Notes under the pieces: model-generated | The model's input: the letters and a program-made list of their open reading frames with translations, nothing else | Told to the model about the DNA's origin: nothing | Databases searched by the model: none | Made by a program: the position numbers and the translations under genes | Assembly: GCF_002964605.1 (NCBI RefSeq) | Contig: NZ_PQDH01000002.1 | Coordinates: forward strand, 541,090 to 605,089 | DNA from: Vallitalea okinawensis | Lineage (GTDB): Bacteria; Bacillota; Clostridia; Lachnospirales; PQDH01 | Direction: 5' to 3' | DNA: 64,000 bases | Shown here: in pieces, positions 37,634-47,852 of the stretch | Layout: each line of letters starts with the position of its first letter | How positions within the stretch are numbered: position 1 is the stretch's first letter

Positions 37634-38519
37634 ATAACCCCTCCAAATAATTCACAATATCTTTATAATCACTTTGAATACAGTAATCTGAATATTTCAT
37701 GATGGGTGCATCTTTATCTTCATTAATAGAAATAATCACTTTACTCTTTTCAATTCCCGGATAAAACGCTAAAGCTCCTGATACACCTAGTGTTATACAT
37801 ATCTTAGGACTATAAATCTTACCAGAAACGCCTACTAAATGTTCTAAAGATACATAACCACCCATGCATATTGGTCTTGATGCACCTAAATCTGCATCCA
37901 TATGGGCTGTAAGGGTTTTAATTTTATTCAGATCATTGGTTACATCAACACCTCTTCCAATAACAATGAGCATATCTTTATCCTTTTCTTTTAGTATGGG
38001 ATTAACTGATAGAACCTTTACAGTACTATCCATACTCACTTGATGTACTTTATTAATGGTTGATGGTTTTAATGATTCTTCTGACTTAGGTACTGTCTTT
38101 GACAGGGTAATACAAAAATCTATTGTTTCAAATTCTGCAACCAAATTAGCTGCATAGACATGCTTGGTAAAAATTACACTTTCATTATTACTCTTCATTG
38201 CTCTTACATCAATCAAACCAGGAATATTGAGTTTGTAAGATAATCTCCCTGCTAACTCTCTTGATAAAATACTGGAATCAAAAATTATTTTTCTTGATGG
38301 CTCTAAATGTTTTGCTATATAATTTGCAATAACTTCTGAATCATATGCTTCAAATTCTATGACATCAATCCTGTCTACTATAGAAGCGTATTGACTAGCT
38401 TTATCAGTAATCACAATTACTTTTACAGATGCTATACAATCTTTGATAAAACTCTTCAACTGTTTGAAATAGGTTTCATGTTCTCCTGCAAAATCAGAAA
38501 TAATGACCGTTATATTCAT
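37626..38519 (-). CDS. etfA: electron transfer flavoprotein alpha subunit (EtfA/FixB)
   Basis: C-terminal FAD-binding block PKICITLGVSGALAFYPGIEKSKVIISINEDKDAPIMKYSDY. Confidence 0.85.
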   Translation of the reverse strand: MNITVIISDFAGEHETYFKQLKSFIKDCIASVKVIVITDKASQYASIVDRIDVIEFEAYDSEVIANYIAKHLEPSRKIIFDSSILSRELAGRLSYKLNIPGLIDVRAMKSNNESVIFTKHVYAANLVAEFETIDFCITLSKTVPKSEESLKPSTINKVHQVSMDSTVKVLSVNPILKEKDKDMLIVIGRGVDVTNDLNKIKTLTAHMDADLGASRPICMGGYVSLEHLVGVSGKIYSPKICITLGVSGALAFYPGIEKSKVIISINEDKDAPIMKYSDYCIQSDYKDIVNYLEGLYE

Positions 38520-39292
38520 TGACCACTGCCCCCAATAAGCTGAATCAGCTCTTCTTTCTTAATGACTTCATGATTTCTAGAATTATCAATAGGACTTAAC
38601 TTAACAGGTTTCATTACATTTATAGAGGATACTTTACAGCTGTCCATATCTATCTCATAGACTTCCTTTTTACTTCCTTGCATTTTATCTTTCAAAGTAG
38701 GTATTCTCAAAGTAGTACCCGGCGCATTCTCTACTATAAGAACAATGGGTAAAGATACTTTTATTTTAACCATTCCTATGTCCCCTTGCTGGGTAATCAT
38801 CAATTCCTGATCATTTATCTTTCTGACATCGATTACATTACTGACACATTTCATGTCTAATATCTCGGCTGCATAAAATGGTGTTAGAAAATTATTGCCA
38901 TTTGGTGCATTGGATCCAAAGGTAATAATGTCTGCTTCGATATCAATAGCATAATCTGCGATGATGCGACTAATAATGTCTGGTCTAAATCGGAGGTCTT
39001 CCCCTTTACTGTTGCAAACTGCAACTTCATCATATTTTAGTCCATATAATTGTTTTATAAAACTTCTAACTTTTTTATCCGTGATGGTGATACCATAAAC
39101 ATTGGTCTCACCATCACTATCGTCTCTTAGGCGTAGAGCAAGTTCAATAGCACTTGCATCACTTTCATTAAGCATTGTTTTAATAAAAGATGTATCGACA
39201 AATAGACGACCAGCAATTTGCCAGTCATCTTTTGTCATTTTATCTAAGTCTTCAATTACTTTAAAACAGTTTAGAATCTTCATTCTTAACAC
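38516..39292 (-). CDS. etfB: electron transfer flavoprotein beta subunit (EtfB/FixA)
   Basis: 258 aa. MKILNCFKVIEDLD start and overall EtfB pattern. Coupled to etfA. Confidence 0.85.
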   Translation of the reverse strand: MLRMKILNCFKVIEDLDKMTKDDWQIAGRLFVDTSFIKTMLNESDASAIELALRLRDDSDGETNVYGITITDKKVRSFIKQLYGLKYDEVAVCNSKGEDLRFRPDIISRIIADYAIDIEADIITFGSNAPNGNNFLTPFYAAEILDMKCVSNVIDVRKINDQELMITQQGDIGMVKIKVSLPIVLIVENAPGTTLRIPTLKDKMQGSKKEVYEIDMDSCKVSSINVMKPVKLSPIDNSRNHEVIKKEELIQLIGGSGQ

Positions 39293-40746
39293 CCAAATAT
39301 TTCATATGATTTTTTTAGAAGCTCATCTGTAGATGAAGTAATATGTTTGTAGACTTCTTCATTCATTTTCCTATAGATACGTACATTGTCATCAATTGGA
39401 GCAAAGGTATCTCTACGTTTTACCATATGTTCTATAGCTTCTTGTCTGTTATTGTAAATTCCAAGAGCTAAGGCTGTACAAATCGCAGCACCCATACTGG
39501 CAGAACCATTTATGATATTTCTGTGAGCAGGAACACCAAAAACATCAGCAAAAATTTGCATAAACAGCTCACCATTAGACCCTCCTCCACTGACAATGAT
39601 ATTCGTTAGTTCTATACCTAACTCATCACACATTGCTTGAGCGTTATTCTTCATGGTTAAAGCAATACCTTCAAGAACTGATCTGAAGATATGAGGACCT
39701 TTATGAGTCCCATTAAAGCCGATAATGGTCCCCCGCTTATACTGTTTATCAGGAGGAGCTAACCAATCTAGAACAGTATAGAGCCCATCGCATCCAATAG
39801 GGACATCACTTGCTAATATATTCAAATATGCTTCGGGAGATATTTTTCTTTTTTCAGCTTCCATGATGACATCACTACCCATTAAGTCTTTAATCCATGT
39901 CACAGTCGTCATTCCTCGTCTGATGCCACTACTTTCATATAAGTACTCATCCTTAGTAGCACCAGGATTCGTCCAATAATTCACGGTGTTTTGATTATTT
40001 TTTTCACCGACCATCATGGATGTAATGTATGTACCTAGTGAAACAAGTACAGTACCATCATTCACTAATCCCGCTCCTAAGCCTTCAACAGCCTTATCAT
40101 TTGATGTTGATACAACAGGAACACCTACTGGAATACCAGTGGCTTCACTAGCAAACTCCGTTATATAACCCATTACCGTTGATGGGTCAACTAGTTCAAA
40201 AAGCATTTCTCTAGGCGTTGTATAAGTATCAAATTTTGCTTTGTCATCATACCATTCCAACGTCACTGGATCAATGGGCCAGGGTCCAACATAATTACTC
40301 CTTGTATCTTTCGTCTCACCGGTTAATCGATATGTTAGGTAACCTGTAGTCGTTGTAACATATCTTACATCATCATCATCATGTTCATAGGGTTTTGATA
40401 ATCGTATATCCATCCAACTTTGAACTGGAGATGCTAAGTTACCATCCTCTTTGACCAATGCTCTGCAACATCTAATTGATCCTAAGCCAACACCAATGAT
40501 ATCTTTTTTGTCACCTGGTAATTGCTTAAACATTTCTCTACACGCTTTTTTTAGACTCTCCCAAAGATCATCATCTGGATGCAAAGCTTTACCATTTTCA
40601 TAGAGTTCAATTTCACGCAGTTTTACTGAGTGGGAACAAACTTCATTACCCAACACATCAAAAATTGCTACTTTCGTACTTTGTGTTCCTCCATCTATTG
40701 CTACAATATATTGATTGTTCATTTCTTCACTCCTATGCAACGTCAT
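39286..40746 (-). CDS. FGGY-family carbohydrate kinase
   Basis: 486 aa. N-terminal YIVAIDGGTQSTKVAIFD and C-terminal IIVSGGGSNGELFMQIFADVFGVP are FGGY_N/FGGY_C signatures. It is not a canonical GlpK. Confidence 0.8.
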   Translation of the reverse strand: MTLHRSEEMNNQYIVAIDGGTQSTKVAIFDVLGNEVCSHSVKLREIELYENGKALHPDDDLWESLKKACREMFKQLPGDKKDIIGVGLGSIRCCRALVKEDGNLASPVQSWMDIRLSKPYEHDDDDVRYVTTTTGYLTYRLTGETKDTRSNYVGPWPIDPVTLEWYDDKAKFDTYTTPREMLFELVDPSTVMGYITEFASEATGIPVGVPVVSTSNDKAVEGLGAGLVNDGTVLVSLGTYITSMMVGEKNNQNTVNYWTNPGATKDEYLYESSGIRRGMTTVTWIKDLMGSDVIMEAEKRKISPEAYLNILASDVPIGCDGLYTVLDWLAPPDKQYKRGTIIGFNGTHKGPHIFRSVLEGIALTMKNNAQAMCDELGIELTNIIVSGGGSNGELFMQIFADVFGVPAHRNIINGSASMGAAICTALALGIYNNRQEAIEHMVKRRDTFAPIDDNVRIYRKMNEEVYKHITSSTDELLKKSYEIFGC

Positions 40747-42013
40747 TTGGTGCTATTTCTTCTTTGTCATTATTATTCATAGTAATAGTATTATCCGATG
40801 CTTTCTTCAAGAAAATTAATGATACAAAGGCGATTCCTAACAGTATAAGTATGTATATAAACACCATCTTATAGCCGCCTATTCCTGGGTTATTATCAAG
40901 AATTCTACCCACAATCTTAAAATTAAACATATCTGAAGCAAAAGCAATTGTTGATATCAGACCCATTGCAGCTCCAAGTAATCGTTTAGGCGTTCCGACT
41001 TCACCAACTGGAGCAAAATATAGACCTCTTAATACAAATGTCATTAATCCAATAAGTGCAATAACAATACTTATAGCAAATACAAATGCTGTTGATACTG
41101 GAAGCACTAATGTAATACCGATAAGAACCGCTAAGAAAATGACACTAATTTTCATGGACGGTATGGATGATCCTGTTTTATTCGTTAGAGCAGTTCCAAC
41201 AATACCTGAGATTGGTCTAAATAAGTGATTTTTAAAAGTTGCTACTAAGGCTGCTGTTGCCGCTGAAACCCCAAAAACTTCTGTCATGAATGGCGTAAAG
41301 TAACTTGATGTTGTATAAACGGTATAAATTGAAAATATGCAAATTGCAAGTAACCATGTAATAGGCATTTTTGCAACTTCAACCATATCTTTTATAACAT
41401 TCATACCATTTTCTCTATCCTCTGAAGGAATTTTGTTATGGGGTACAAAGATAACGGCTGCTATACCAACTAGAATACAAACAACTGAATATAAATATAG
41501 TACAAAAATAAATTGTTCGGGATTACCACCAAGTCTAGCTATCATAGCCGTTGCCACAAGTGCCATAACTGAAGTAATAATACCTCTTCCGCCTTCAGTT
41601 AAAGCAAAAAGTTTACCTTGCTCGCTCTTGTCACCAAGCATACTTGTCGCTTTTAGCAAAGTAGACCAAAATGTAAATACAGATGTAACCCCCCAAAAGG
41701 CAAATAGTATTTTTGCTGAACCAAAATCTGGCCATGTTGATAGATAAAAACCCCCAAGTCCCGTTCCTATCAAAGAAAATCCTAATAAATATTTATGAGA
41801 GATTCTATCTGCCAACCATCCCCCAGGCAAATAGAAAATGAATGCTAATGTACCATAAAAACTCATAAGTTCCCCAAATTGCTCATGTGTTAATCCAAGT
41901 CCCTCTCTAAGCGGGTCGTAAAAGGTATACCGCATATAAGGTAACTCAAATATGATACCTGCAGCAGTTGCAAGAATCGCAACAATTATCCATTTTCTTG
42001 TGCTTTTTTTCAT
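40733..42013 (-). CDS. MFS transporter
   Basis: 426 aa, 12 predicted TM, GxLaDRxGrk-like motif (GGWLADRISHK). Confidence 0.8.
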   Translation of the reverse strand: MKKSTRKWIIVAILATAAGIIFELPYMRYTFYDPLREGLGLTHEQFGELMSFYGTLAFIFYLPGGWLADRISHKYLLGFSLIGTGLGGFYLSTWPDFGSAKILFAFWGVTSVFTFWSTLLKATSMLGDKSEQGKLFALTEGGRGIITSVMALVATAMIARLGGNPEQFIFVLYLYSVVCILVGIAAVIFVPHNKIPSEDRENGMNVIKDMVEVAKMPITWLLAICIFSIYTVYTTSSYFTPFMTEVFGVSAATAALVATFKNHLFRPISGIVGTALTNKTGSSIPSMKISVIFLAVLIGITLVLPVSTAFVFAISIVIALIGLMTFVLRGLYFAPVGEVGTPKRLLGAAMGLISTIAFASDMFNFKIVGRILDNNPGIGGYKMVFIYILILLGIAFVSLIFLKKASDNTITMNNNDKEEIAPNDVA

Positions 42014-42038
42014 AATTCCATCTCCTTATGAATCTAAT

Positions 42039-43478
42039 TTATTTTTTTCCAAGAATAGTTCCTGGATTCATAATGTTATTAGGATCAAAAGATTCGATTA
42101 AATTCTCAAGCATGTAATATGAAGATTGATACTCATCTTTTATCCAATAACTTCTATGCTTACCAACACCATGATGATGACACATACTTCCACCTCGTTT
42201 AAGTGTCTCCTCAACCAATATTTCTTTAATAGCTAAATGGTATTTCTTCAATTCTTCATCAACAGGACATTCCACATTATAAAAGTAGACAAAATACATA
42301 TTGGTTCCATTTAAATAACTATGAGAAGAATGTCCACCCATTAGTGTTACATCAGGAAATTTCTCTTTGATTCTTTTCTTACCAGCTTCAAATATATCAC
42401 ATATAACATCCCAATTTCCTGAGACTTCAGTTGTGTGACAAATATTGTTGGTTTCAAGGGTTTCTTTTCTCTCTTCAATCAATGATTGAGGATCCCAATT
42501 AAGATGATTGAACCAATTTTCAATAAGCTTTGGATTAACTTCTTCTAATTCACTATATTTGACTAATATTTCTCTAATCCCATCAGCAGTTGCTTTCGCT
42601 AAATGTTTATTGCCCTCTGCAACAAAAATAAGAACACATCGTCCATCAGCAAAATGTGAAAAATGATATTCACCATCTTCTTCATCATAAAGTCTTGCAA
42701 CAGAAGGCTTGTATCCTTCAACCATTACTTCTCTGAGAATACTGAATCCTAGTCGCATATCATCTAATAAGAATCCCATGAATTGGTTATTTTCTGGATG
42801 ATATTTAAAAATCTTAACCGTCACTTCAGTGATGAAACATACAGCTCCTTCGTTACCTATAATAATATGACGAATATCTGGACCAGCAGCACGCCTTGGT
42901 ACATTTTTAATCTTGCAGATATCACCACTAGGGAAAACTGCTTCAAGCCCAACAACCATATCCTCAATACCACCATACAGTGTTGAAAATTGGCCGATGC
43001 TTCTAGTTGCAACAAGACCTCCAAACTGTGCTAATGGTTTTGACTGTGGTGAATGTCCTGTTGTATAACCTTTTTCTCTTAATTTATTTTCAAGAACTTC
43101 CAATGGTACACCACAAGCTACTGTTGCTAACATGTTTTCTTCATTAATTTCTATAATTTCATTCATCTCACTACCATCCAGAACGATGGTGTTTTCTACA
43201 ACCACTTCAAGACCACCTTCAGTTGCAGATTCTCCCGTTCTTGGTATGACAGGTATTAGATTTTCATTGGCGTATTTCAAGATTTCTGATACCTCTTCAG
43301 CTGAATGTACTTTACATACACAACTTGGCATAAAATCGCTTTGTCTGCCGTGGTACTTCTCATATCTTCTAAATCGATCCAAACTACTTTCTACTAAAAC
43401 TTCCTGTTCTGTGATAACATTCCCTTTGCCCACTACAGCAGTAAGGAAATCTATGATTTGCTCTTTCGATGTCTTCAT
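42039..43478 (-). CDS. FAD-linked oxidase (alkyl-DHAP synthase / D-2-hydroxyacid dehydrogenase-like)
   Basis: 479 aa. FAD_binding_4 motif PRTGESATEGG. The C-terminal CHHHGVGKHR resembles the His-rich motif of alkylglycerone-phosphate synthase-type FAD oxidases. Confidence 0.75.
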   Translation of the reverse strand: MKTSKEQIIDFLTAVVGKGNVITEQEVLVESSLDRFRRYEKYHGRQSDFMPSCVCKVHSAEEVSEILKYANENLIPVIPRTGESATEGGLEVVVENTIVLDGSEMNEIIEINEENMLATVACGVPLEVLENKLREKGYTTGHSPQSKPLAQFGGLVATRSIGQFSTLYGGIEDMVVGLEAVFPSGDICKIKNVPRRAAGPDIRHIIIGNEGAVCFITEVTVKIFKYHPENNQFMGFLLDDMRLGFSILREVMVEGYKPSVARLYDEEDGEYHFSHFADGRCVLIFVAEGNKHLAKATADGIREILVKYSELEEVNPKLIENWFNHLNWDPQSLIEERKETLETNNICHTTEVSGNWDVICDIFEAGKKRIKEKFPDVTLMGGHSSHSYLNGTNMYFVYFYNVECPVDEELKKYHLAIKEILVEETLKRGGSMCHHHGVGKHRSYWIKDEYQSSYYMLENLIESFDPNNIMNPGTILGKK

Positions 43479-43518
43479 AATAGCCTCCTAAATAATTGAA
43501 TATCTTAATCTATGATTA

Positions 43519-44319
43519 TTATCTAACTAAATAACCACCATCAACATTGATCATGGCACCATTTACATAATCAGATGCTCTACTTGCTAAGAAAACACAA
43601 GTCCCCATTAAATCCTGCGTCTCCCCCCATCTGTTCGCTGGTATATGGTCGAGTACACGCTTGTTTGTTTCTGGATTTGATCTTGTTGCAGTTGTTAACT
43701 CTGTTGCGTAATACCCAGGAGCAATACCATTGACTTGTATGTTAAATTGAGCCAACTCATCACAGTATGCTCTCGTAAAACCCAATAAGCCTGTTTTTGA
43801 AGTTGCATAAGCTGGTGACCACTGACCTCCAAGATAAGAGAACATTGAACCAATATTTATGATTTTTCCTGAACGTTGTGGAATCATGTACTTAGCTGCT
43901 TCATGAGCTAATTCAAATGCAGCTGTTAAATTTACGGCCAACATTTTATCCCACTCTTTTCGAGTGAACATTGTTACATCTTCAATATTGATGCATAATC
44001 CAGCTGAATTCACAAGTATGTCAATAGAACCGAAAGTTTCGACACAGGCATCAATAATTCTCTTTGGTGCTCCTTCTTCTGTTATGTCAACTTCCATAAA
44101 ACCCATTTTTTGTCCAGTTTCTTCGATTAATTTTTGAGTAGTTCCGTCATCTGACATAAGACTGGGTATAAATACATTAGCTCCTGCTTTTGCAAGTGCT
44201 AGAGCAAAGGTTTGACCTAAACCAGTATTTCCTCCAGTAACAATGGCATTTTTACCTTTTAATGAAAAGAAATCAAGTGAAAAATCTTGAATATTAGTAC
44301 TCATAAAACTACCTCCCAA
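43519..44319 (-). CDS. SDR family oxidoreductase, KduD-like (2-dehydro-3-deoxy-D-gluconate 5-dehydrogenase family)
   Basis: LKGKNAIVTGGNTGLGQ, NSAG, and the YATSKTG catalytic YxxxK. Confidence 0.75.
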   Translation of the reverse strand: MGGSFMSTNIQDFSLDFFSLKGKNAIVTGGNTGLGQTFALALAKAGANVFIPSLMSDDGTTQKLIEETGQKMGFMEVDITEEGAPKRIIDACVETFGSIDILVNSAGLCINIEDVTMFTRKEWDKMLAVNLTAAFELAHEAAKYMIPQRSGKIINIGSMFSYLGGQWSPAYATSKTGLLGFTRAYCDELAQFNIQVNGIAPGYYATELTTATRSNPETNKRVLDHIPANRWGETQDLMGTCVFLASRASDYVNGAMINVDGGYLVR

Positions 44320-44516
44320 TTTAAATTTGAATATTTGAATAATTAGTAATTTTTTGTATCAAAAAAGAGAGCATAAAAAAAACCAAATTTCACAAATAAA
44401 ACACAACAAAAAGTGTCTTTTTGTTAAATTTGATTACTTTTCTCTGCTCTCTAGTAATCTAGGTATAAGTCTATCATAGCATATTGCTGTTGTCAAGCAC
44501 TAATCGACTGTTTTTT

Positions 44517-45455
44517 TTATAGGATTTGAATAACCTCATACATATCCGCTAAAATAGGATAGTGTGCTACACTAAACATTCTACAATCTTTATCAGTATT
44601 AACAGCAATAATTGTATCAGCACTTCTAACTCCTGAAAGAAATTGTATGGAGCCGGATACACCAAATGTTATTAATACTTTTGGACTGATATAACTACCT
44701 GAAAGACCAATTTGCTTATCCCCTGGCATGATCCCTCTTTCAACAAGCGCTCTAGTACTACATAAAACTCCACCAATACTCTCGGTAAATGCTTCAAAGG
44801 GTTCAATATCCTTTTTATTCTTTATGGCATTACCAACAACCACCACAAAATCATACTCTGAAATTTTTCGACTGCTTTTTTTGACAGTCGTATTCATTAT
44901 CTCATAAGAACTTCTGGGTAAAATAGAACCACTCATTAATATTGGTTTATATTCTATTTGCGGTCTATAGGGCTGAAAAGTATTAGGTCTAATAGTAGCC
45001 ATTTGAGGTCTCGCAAATTCAGTAATAATCTCTGCGATTATGTTACCACCAAAGGCAGGTCTTATCTGAATAATCCTTCCCTTCTCATCCATTTGAAGGT
45101 CCGTACAATCAGCTGTCAAACCTGTTTCCAATATCCCACTAGCCAATGCAGCTGTGGATTTACCGATAGGGGTCCCACCAATTAGTACAGCACTTGGACT
45201 TAATAACCTAACAGCATCAACAAAGCAATCTGCATAGATCTTGGAGTCAAAAGAATCTAAACCTTCGAAATAGACAATCTTATCAAAGGGTAGAAAATTC
45301 AACTCTTTCTCTAATTTTTTAATACTTTTTGTAATACATACACCATAAATCTTATCCATCTTAAGTTCTAAGGATTTTTGAACTATTTCATAGACCACTT
45401 GACTAACTTTTTCATTATCGTTTTCAATTAAAATCAATACACTATTATTCATCAT
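44517..45455 (-). CDS. etfA: electron transfer flavoprotein alpha subunit, second copy
   Basis: 312 aa. PKVLITFGVSGSIQFLSGVRSADTIIAVNTDKDCRMFSVAHY FAD-binding block. Confidence 0.85.
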   Translation of the reverse strand: MMNNSVLILIENDNEKVSQVVYEIVQKSLELKMDKIYGVCITKSIKKLEKELNFLPFDKIVYFEGLDSFDSKIYADCFVDAVRLLSPSAVLIGGTPIGKSTAALASGILETGLTADCTDLQMDEKGRIIQIRPAFGGNIIAEIITEFARPQMATIRPNTFQPYRPQIEYKPILMSGSILPRSSYEIMNTTVKKSSRKISEYDFVVVVGNAIKNKKDIEPFEAFTESIGGVLCSTRALVERGIMPGDKQIGLSGSYISPKVLITFGVSGSIQFLSGVRSADTIIAVNTDKDCRMFSVAHYPILADMYEVIQIL

Positions 45456-46224
45456 TGTTAATCCCCAATCCGTTGTATATTATATTTTTTACTTCTACAA
45501 GGGGAACACTTAAAACATTGTTTTTAGCCATCAGCTTCTTTGAATAGACTTTACTTACCTTTGTTGGTGAACCTTTAATACCTATAGATTTATGATCATA
45601 ATGGGAACTCAAACTGAAGTGATTGATTTCCTTCTTCTTAGCTTGTATCTTCAATTTCAATGATGCTAGCCTTGATATATATATATCCTTTTCCACAGCA
45701 ATCAAACAAGGCAACTGACATTTTATTGTCTGTATCTTTGTTCCTAAATCTTGTCTAACAATAATATAGGCTTCGTTAATCTCTACAATTTCACAGACAT
45801 TTCCAATATACGGTACATCTAACCTCACTGAAATGGATGCGCCAACTTGACCCGTATCACCATCGGTTGTTTGTTTTCCGCAGATAATCAAATCATAATC
45901 ATCAGCGATTTCAATGGATTTAGCGATAGTGTATGCTGTAGCAAGTACATCCGAGCCAGAAAATGCTTTATCACTAATAAGATAACCATCATCAGCGCCA
46001 AGAGCATAACACTCTTTGATAGTCTTTTCTGCTCGCTTAGGTCCCATGGAGAAAACATCAACATGGGAATCTGGTAATCTATCCTTAATTTGAAGTCCAG
46101 TTTCTACTGCTACAAGATCATAAGGGTTAGTCGTAACCCCTAGAGTCTTTCTGTCCAAGTTTCCAGTTTGAAAATCCATTCCCTTGTCTTGATTATTAGG
46201 CACCTGCTTAACACATATAGCCAT
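45445..46224 (-). CDS. etfB: electron transfer flavoprotein beta subunit, second copy
   Basis: Start placed at the internal ATG (MAICVKQVPNN...), which matches the canonical EtfB N-terminus. The ORF track extends to 46257. Confidence 0.75.
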   Translation of the reverse strand: MAICVKQVPNNQDKGMDFQTGNLDRKTLGVTTNPYDLVAVETGLQIKDRLPDSHVDVFSMGPKRAEKTIKECYALGADDGYLISDKAFSGSDVLATAYTIAKSIEIADDYDLIICGKQTTDGDTGQVGASISVRLDVPYIGNVCEIVEINEAYIIVRQDLGTKIQTIKCQLPCLIAVEKDIYISRLASLKLKIQAKKKEINHFSLSSHYDHKSIGIKGSPTKVSKVYSKKLMAKNNVLSVPLVEVKNIIYNGLGINNDE

Positions 46225-46653
46225 TTTCAAACCCAATTGCAAACACTCCTCTCTCAATTATACTTTCAAGCTGATTATATTCTTGAAAAGTTTTTATGTC
46301 AATCACTAATTCTTGTATCTCTGGAATTATTCTCATCCATTACATGGCCTTTAAGTTCTTTATAAGCATTCACTTTTGCTTCATATGTTCATCATTTAGA
46401 CAACAAGAAAAGTGACTACCATCACGTTCCAAGTATGTGCAGGAAAGTGCGATTTCTTATAACTTTAGTAATAGAGTACTCATATGACTTTTTTACAACC
46501 TACACTATCACATTTATCACCTATGACAGATTTTAATTAGTCTAAATATATGATAAATTAAGGCACAAGAAATGATAAGTGATATAGGAGCCAAATAAAG
46601 AAAACACATATTAGCAAAGAAATACTATACATAATGATTAAAGGAGAGATAGT

Positions 46654-47805
46654 ATGTTATCTAAATATTTCATGTTAACTTGGCTAATTCTAAGTATACT
46701 TTTATCAGTAGGATGCAATAATGTAAGTGCAAATCAAGATTATGAGGAAAATTACCCTGAAACTTTGAAAGATAGTTCAGAATATTATTTCCCCCATGAA
46801 GGTGCAGAGCATGAAGGAACCTGGCTTCAATGGCCTCATGATTATACTTATAGCGGTGTGATTCAGGTCTATGAACCCATTTGGATTGAAATGACAAGAG
46901 GTTTAGTAAAGGGTGAAAATGTGCATCTCATTGTTTATGATGAAAACGAGAAGGAACGGGTTAAAGAAGTATTAGAAAATGAAAAGATTGATATGAATAA
47001 GATAGATTTCTATATCTTTCCCTCAGATGATGTCTGGATTAGAGATAATGGACCTATATTTGTATATGATCAAGAAGGCAATCTACTCATCCAAAATTGG
47101 CAGTTTAATGGGTGGGGAAACAAGGCACCTTATGAAAAAGATAATCTTATACCAACAAAAATAAGTGAAGCTATAGGCATTCCAAAGATAGATATTGACA
47201 TGGTAATGGAGGGAGGGGCCCTTGAATTAGATGGTAATGGCACCTGTATATCCACATTAAGCTGTGTAAATAATGATAATAGAACACCTGATTTTACTAT
47301 CGAAGAAATCGAAGAATACCTTACAAAATATTATGGAGTAACTAATTTTATTTGGCTCGATGGTGTAGCAGGTATGGATATTACTGATAACCATATCGAT
47401 GGTATGATAAAAATGTTTAGTGATAAAATCATTATCGCAGATTCTGAATTCGATCTAGATCCTTCTGAATTGTCCGATGATGATGATGCAAAAAAATTAT
47501 TAACCGCTAAAAACATCTACGGAGAGCCTTATGAATTCGTGTTTCTTCCATCAACTAAAGACACTGTTGTTGAGGTAGATGGTGAAAAGATGAAAGGTTC
47601 ATATTTGAACTTCTATGTCGGTAACAAAGTAGTATTAGTGCCCAATTATGATGATGAAAATGATACCATTGCAAATCAAATTCTTCAGGAATTATATTCT
47701 GATCGAGAAGTCATAGGAATTGACGTAAGAGACTTATTTGCTGATGGTGGTATGATTCACTGCGTTACGCAACAACAACCCCTACCAAAGTTACAAGAAA
47801 AGTAA
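46654..47805 (+). CDS. secreted agmatine deiminase / porphyromonas-type peptidyl-arginine deiminase family lipoprotein
   Basis: Lipobox LSVGCN. DVWIRDNGPIFV, HIDGMIKM and C-terminal GGMIHCVTQQ (catalytic Cys) are signatures of the PAD_porph/agmatine deiminase family. Confidence 0.8.
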   Translation: MLSKYFMLTWLILSILLSVGCNNVSANQDYEENYPETLKDSSEYYFPHEGAEHEGTWLQWPHDYTYSGVIQVYEPIWIEMTRGLVKGENVHLIVYDENEKERVKEVLENEKIDMNKIDFYIFPSDDVWIRDNGPIFVYDQEGNLLIQNWQFNGWGNKAPYEKDNLIPTKISEAIGIPKIDIDMVMEGGALELDGNGTCISTLSCVNNDNRTPDFTIEEIEEYLTKYYGVTNFIWLDGVAGMDITDNHIDGMIKMFSDKIIIADSEFDLDPSELSDDDDAKKLLTAKNIYGEPYEFVFLPSTKDTVVEVDGEKMKGSYLNFYVGNKVVLVPNYDDENDTIANQILQELYSDREVIGIDVRDLFADGGMIHCVTQQQPLPKLQEK

Positions 47806-47852
47806 CTTACTCAACACAGTACATACTACACTAAGATATTATTTAAAATTGA

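Noticed and set aside
45445-46257. Longer N-terminal extension of the second EtfB (MREECLQLGLK...)
   Set aside because: The canonical EtfB N-terminus (MAICVKQVP) starts at the internal ATG 46224. The extension codes through what looks like the RBS. I kept it as an alternative only.
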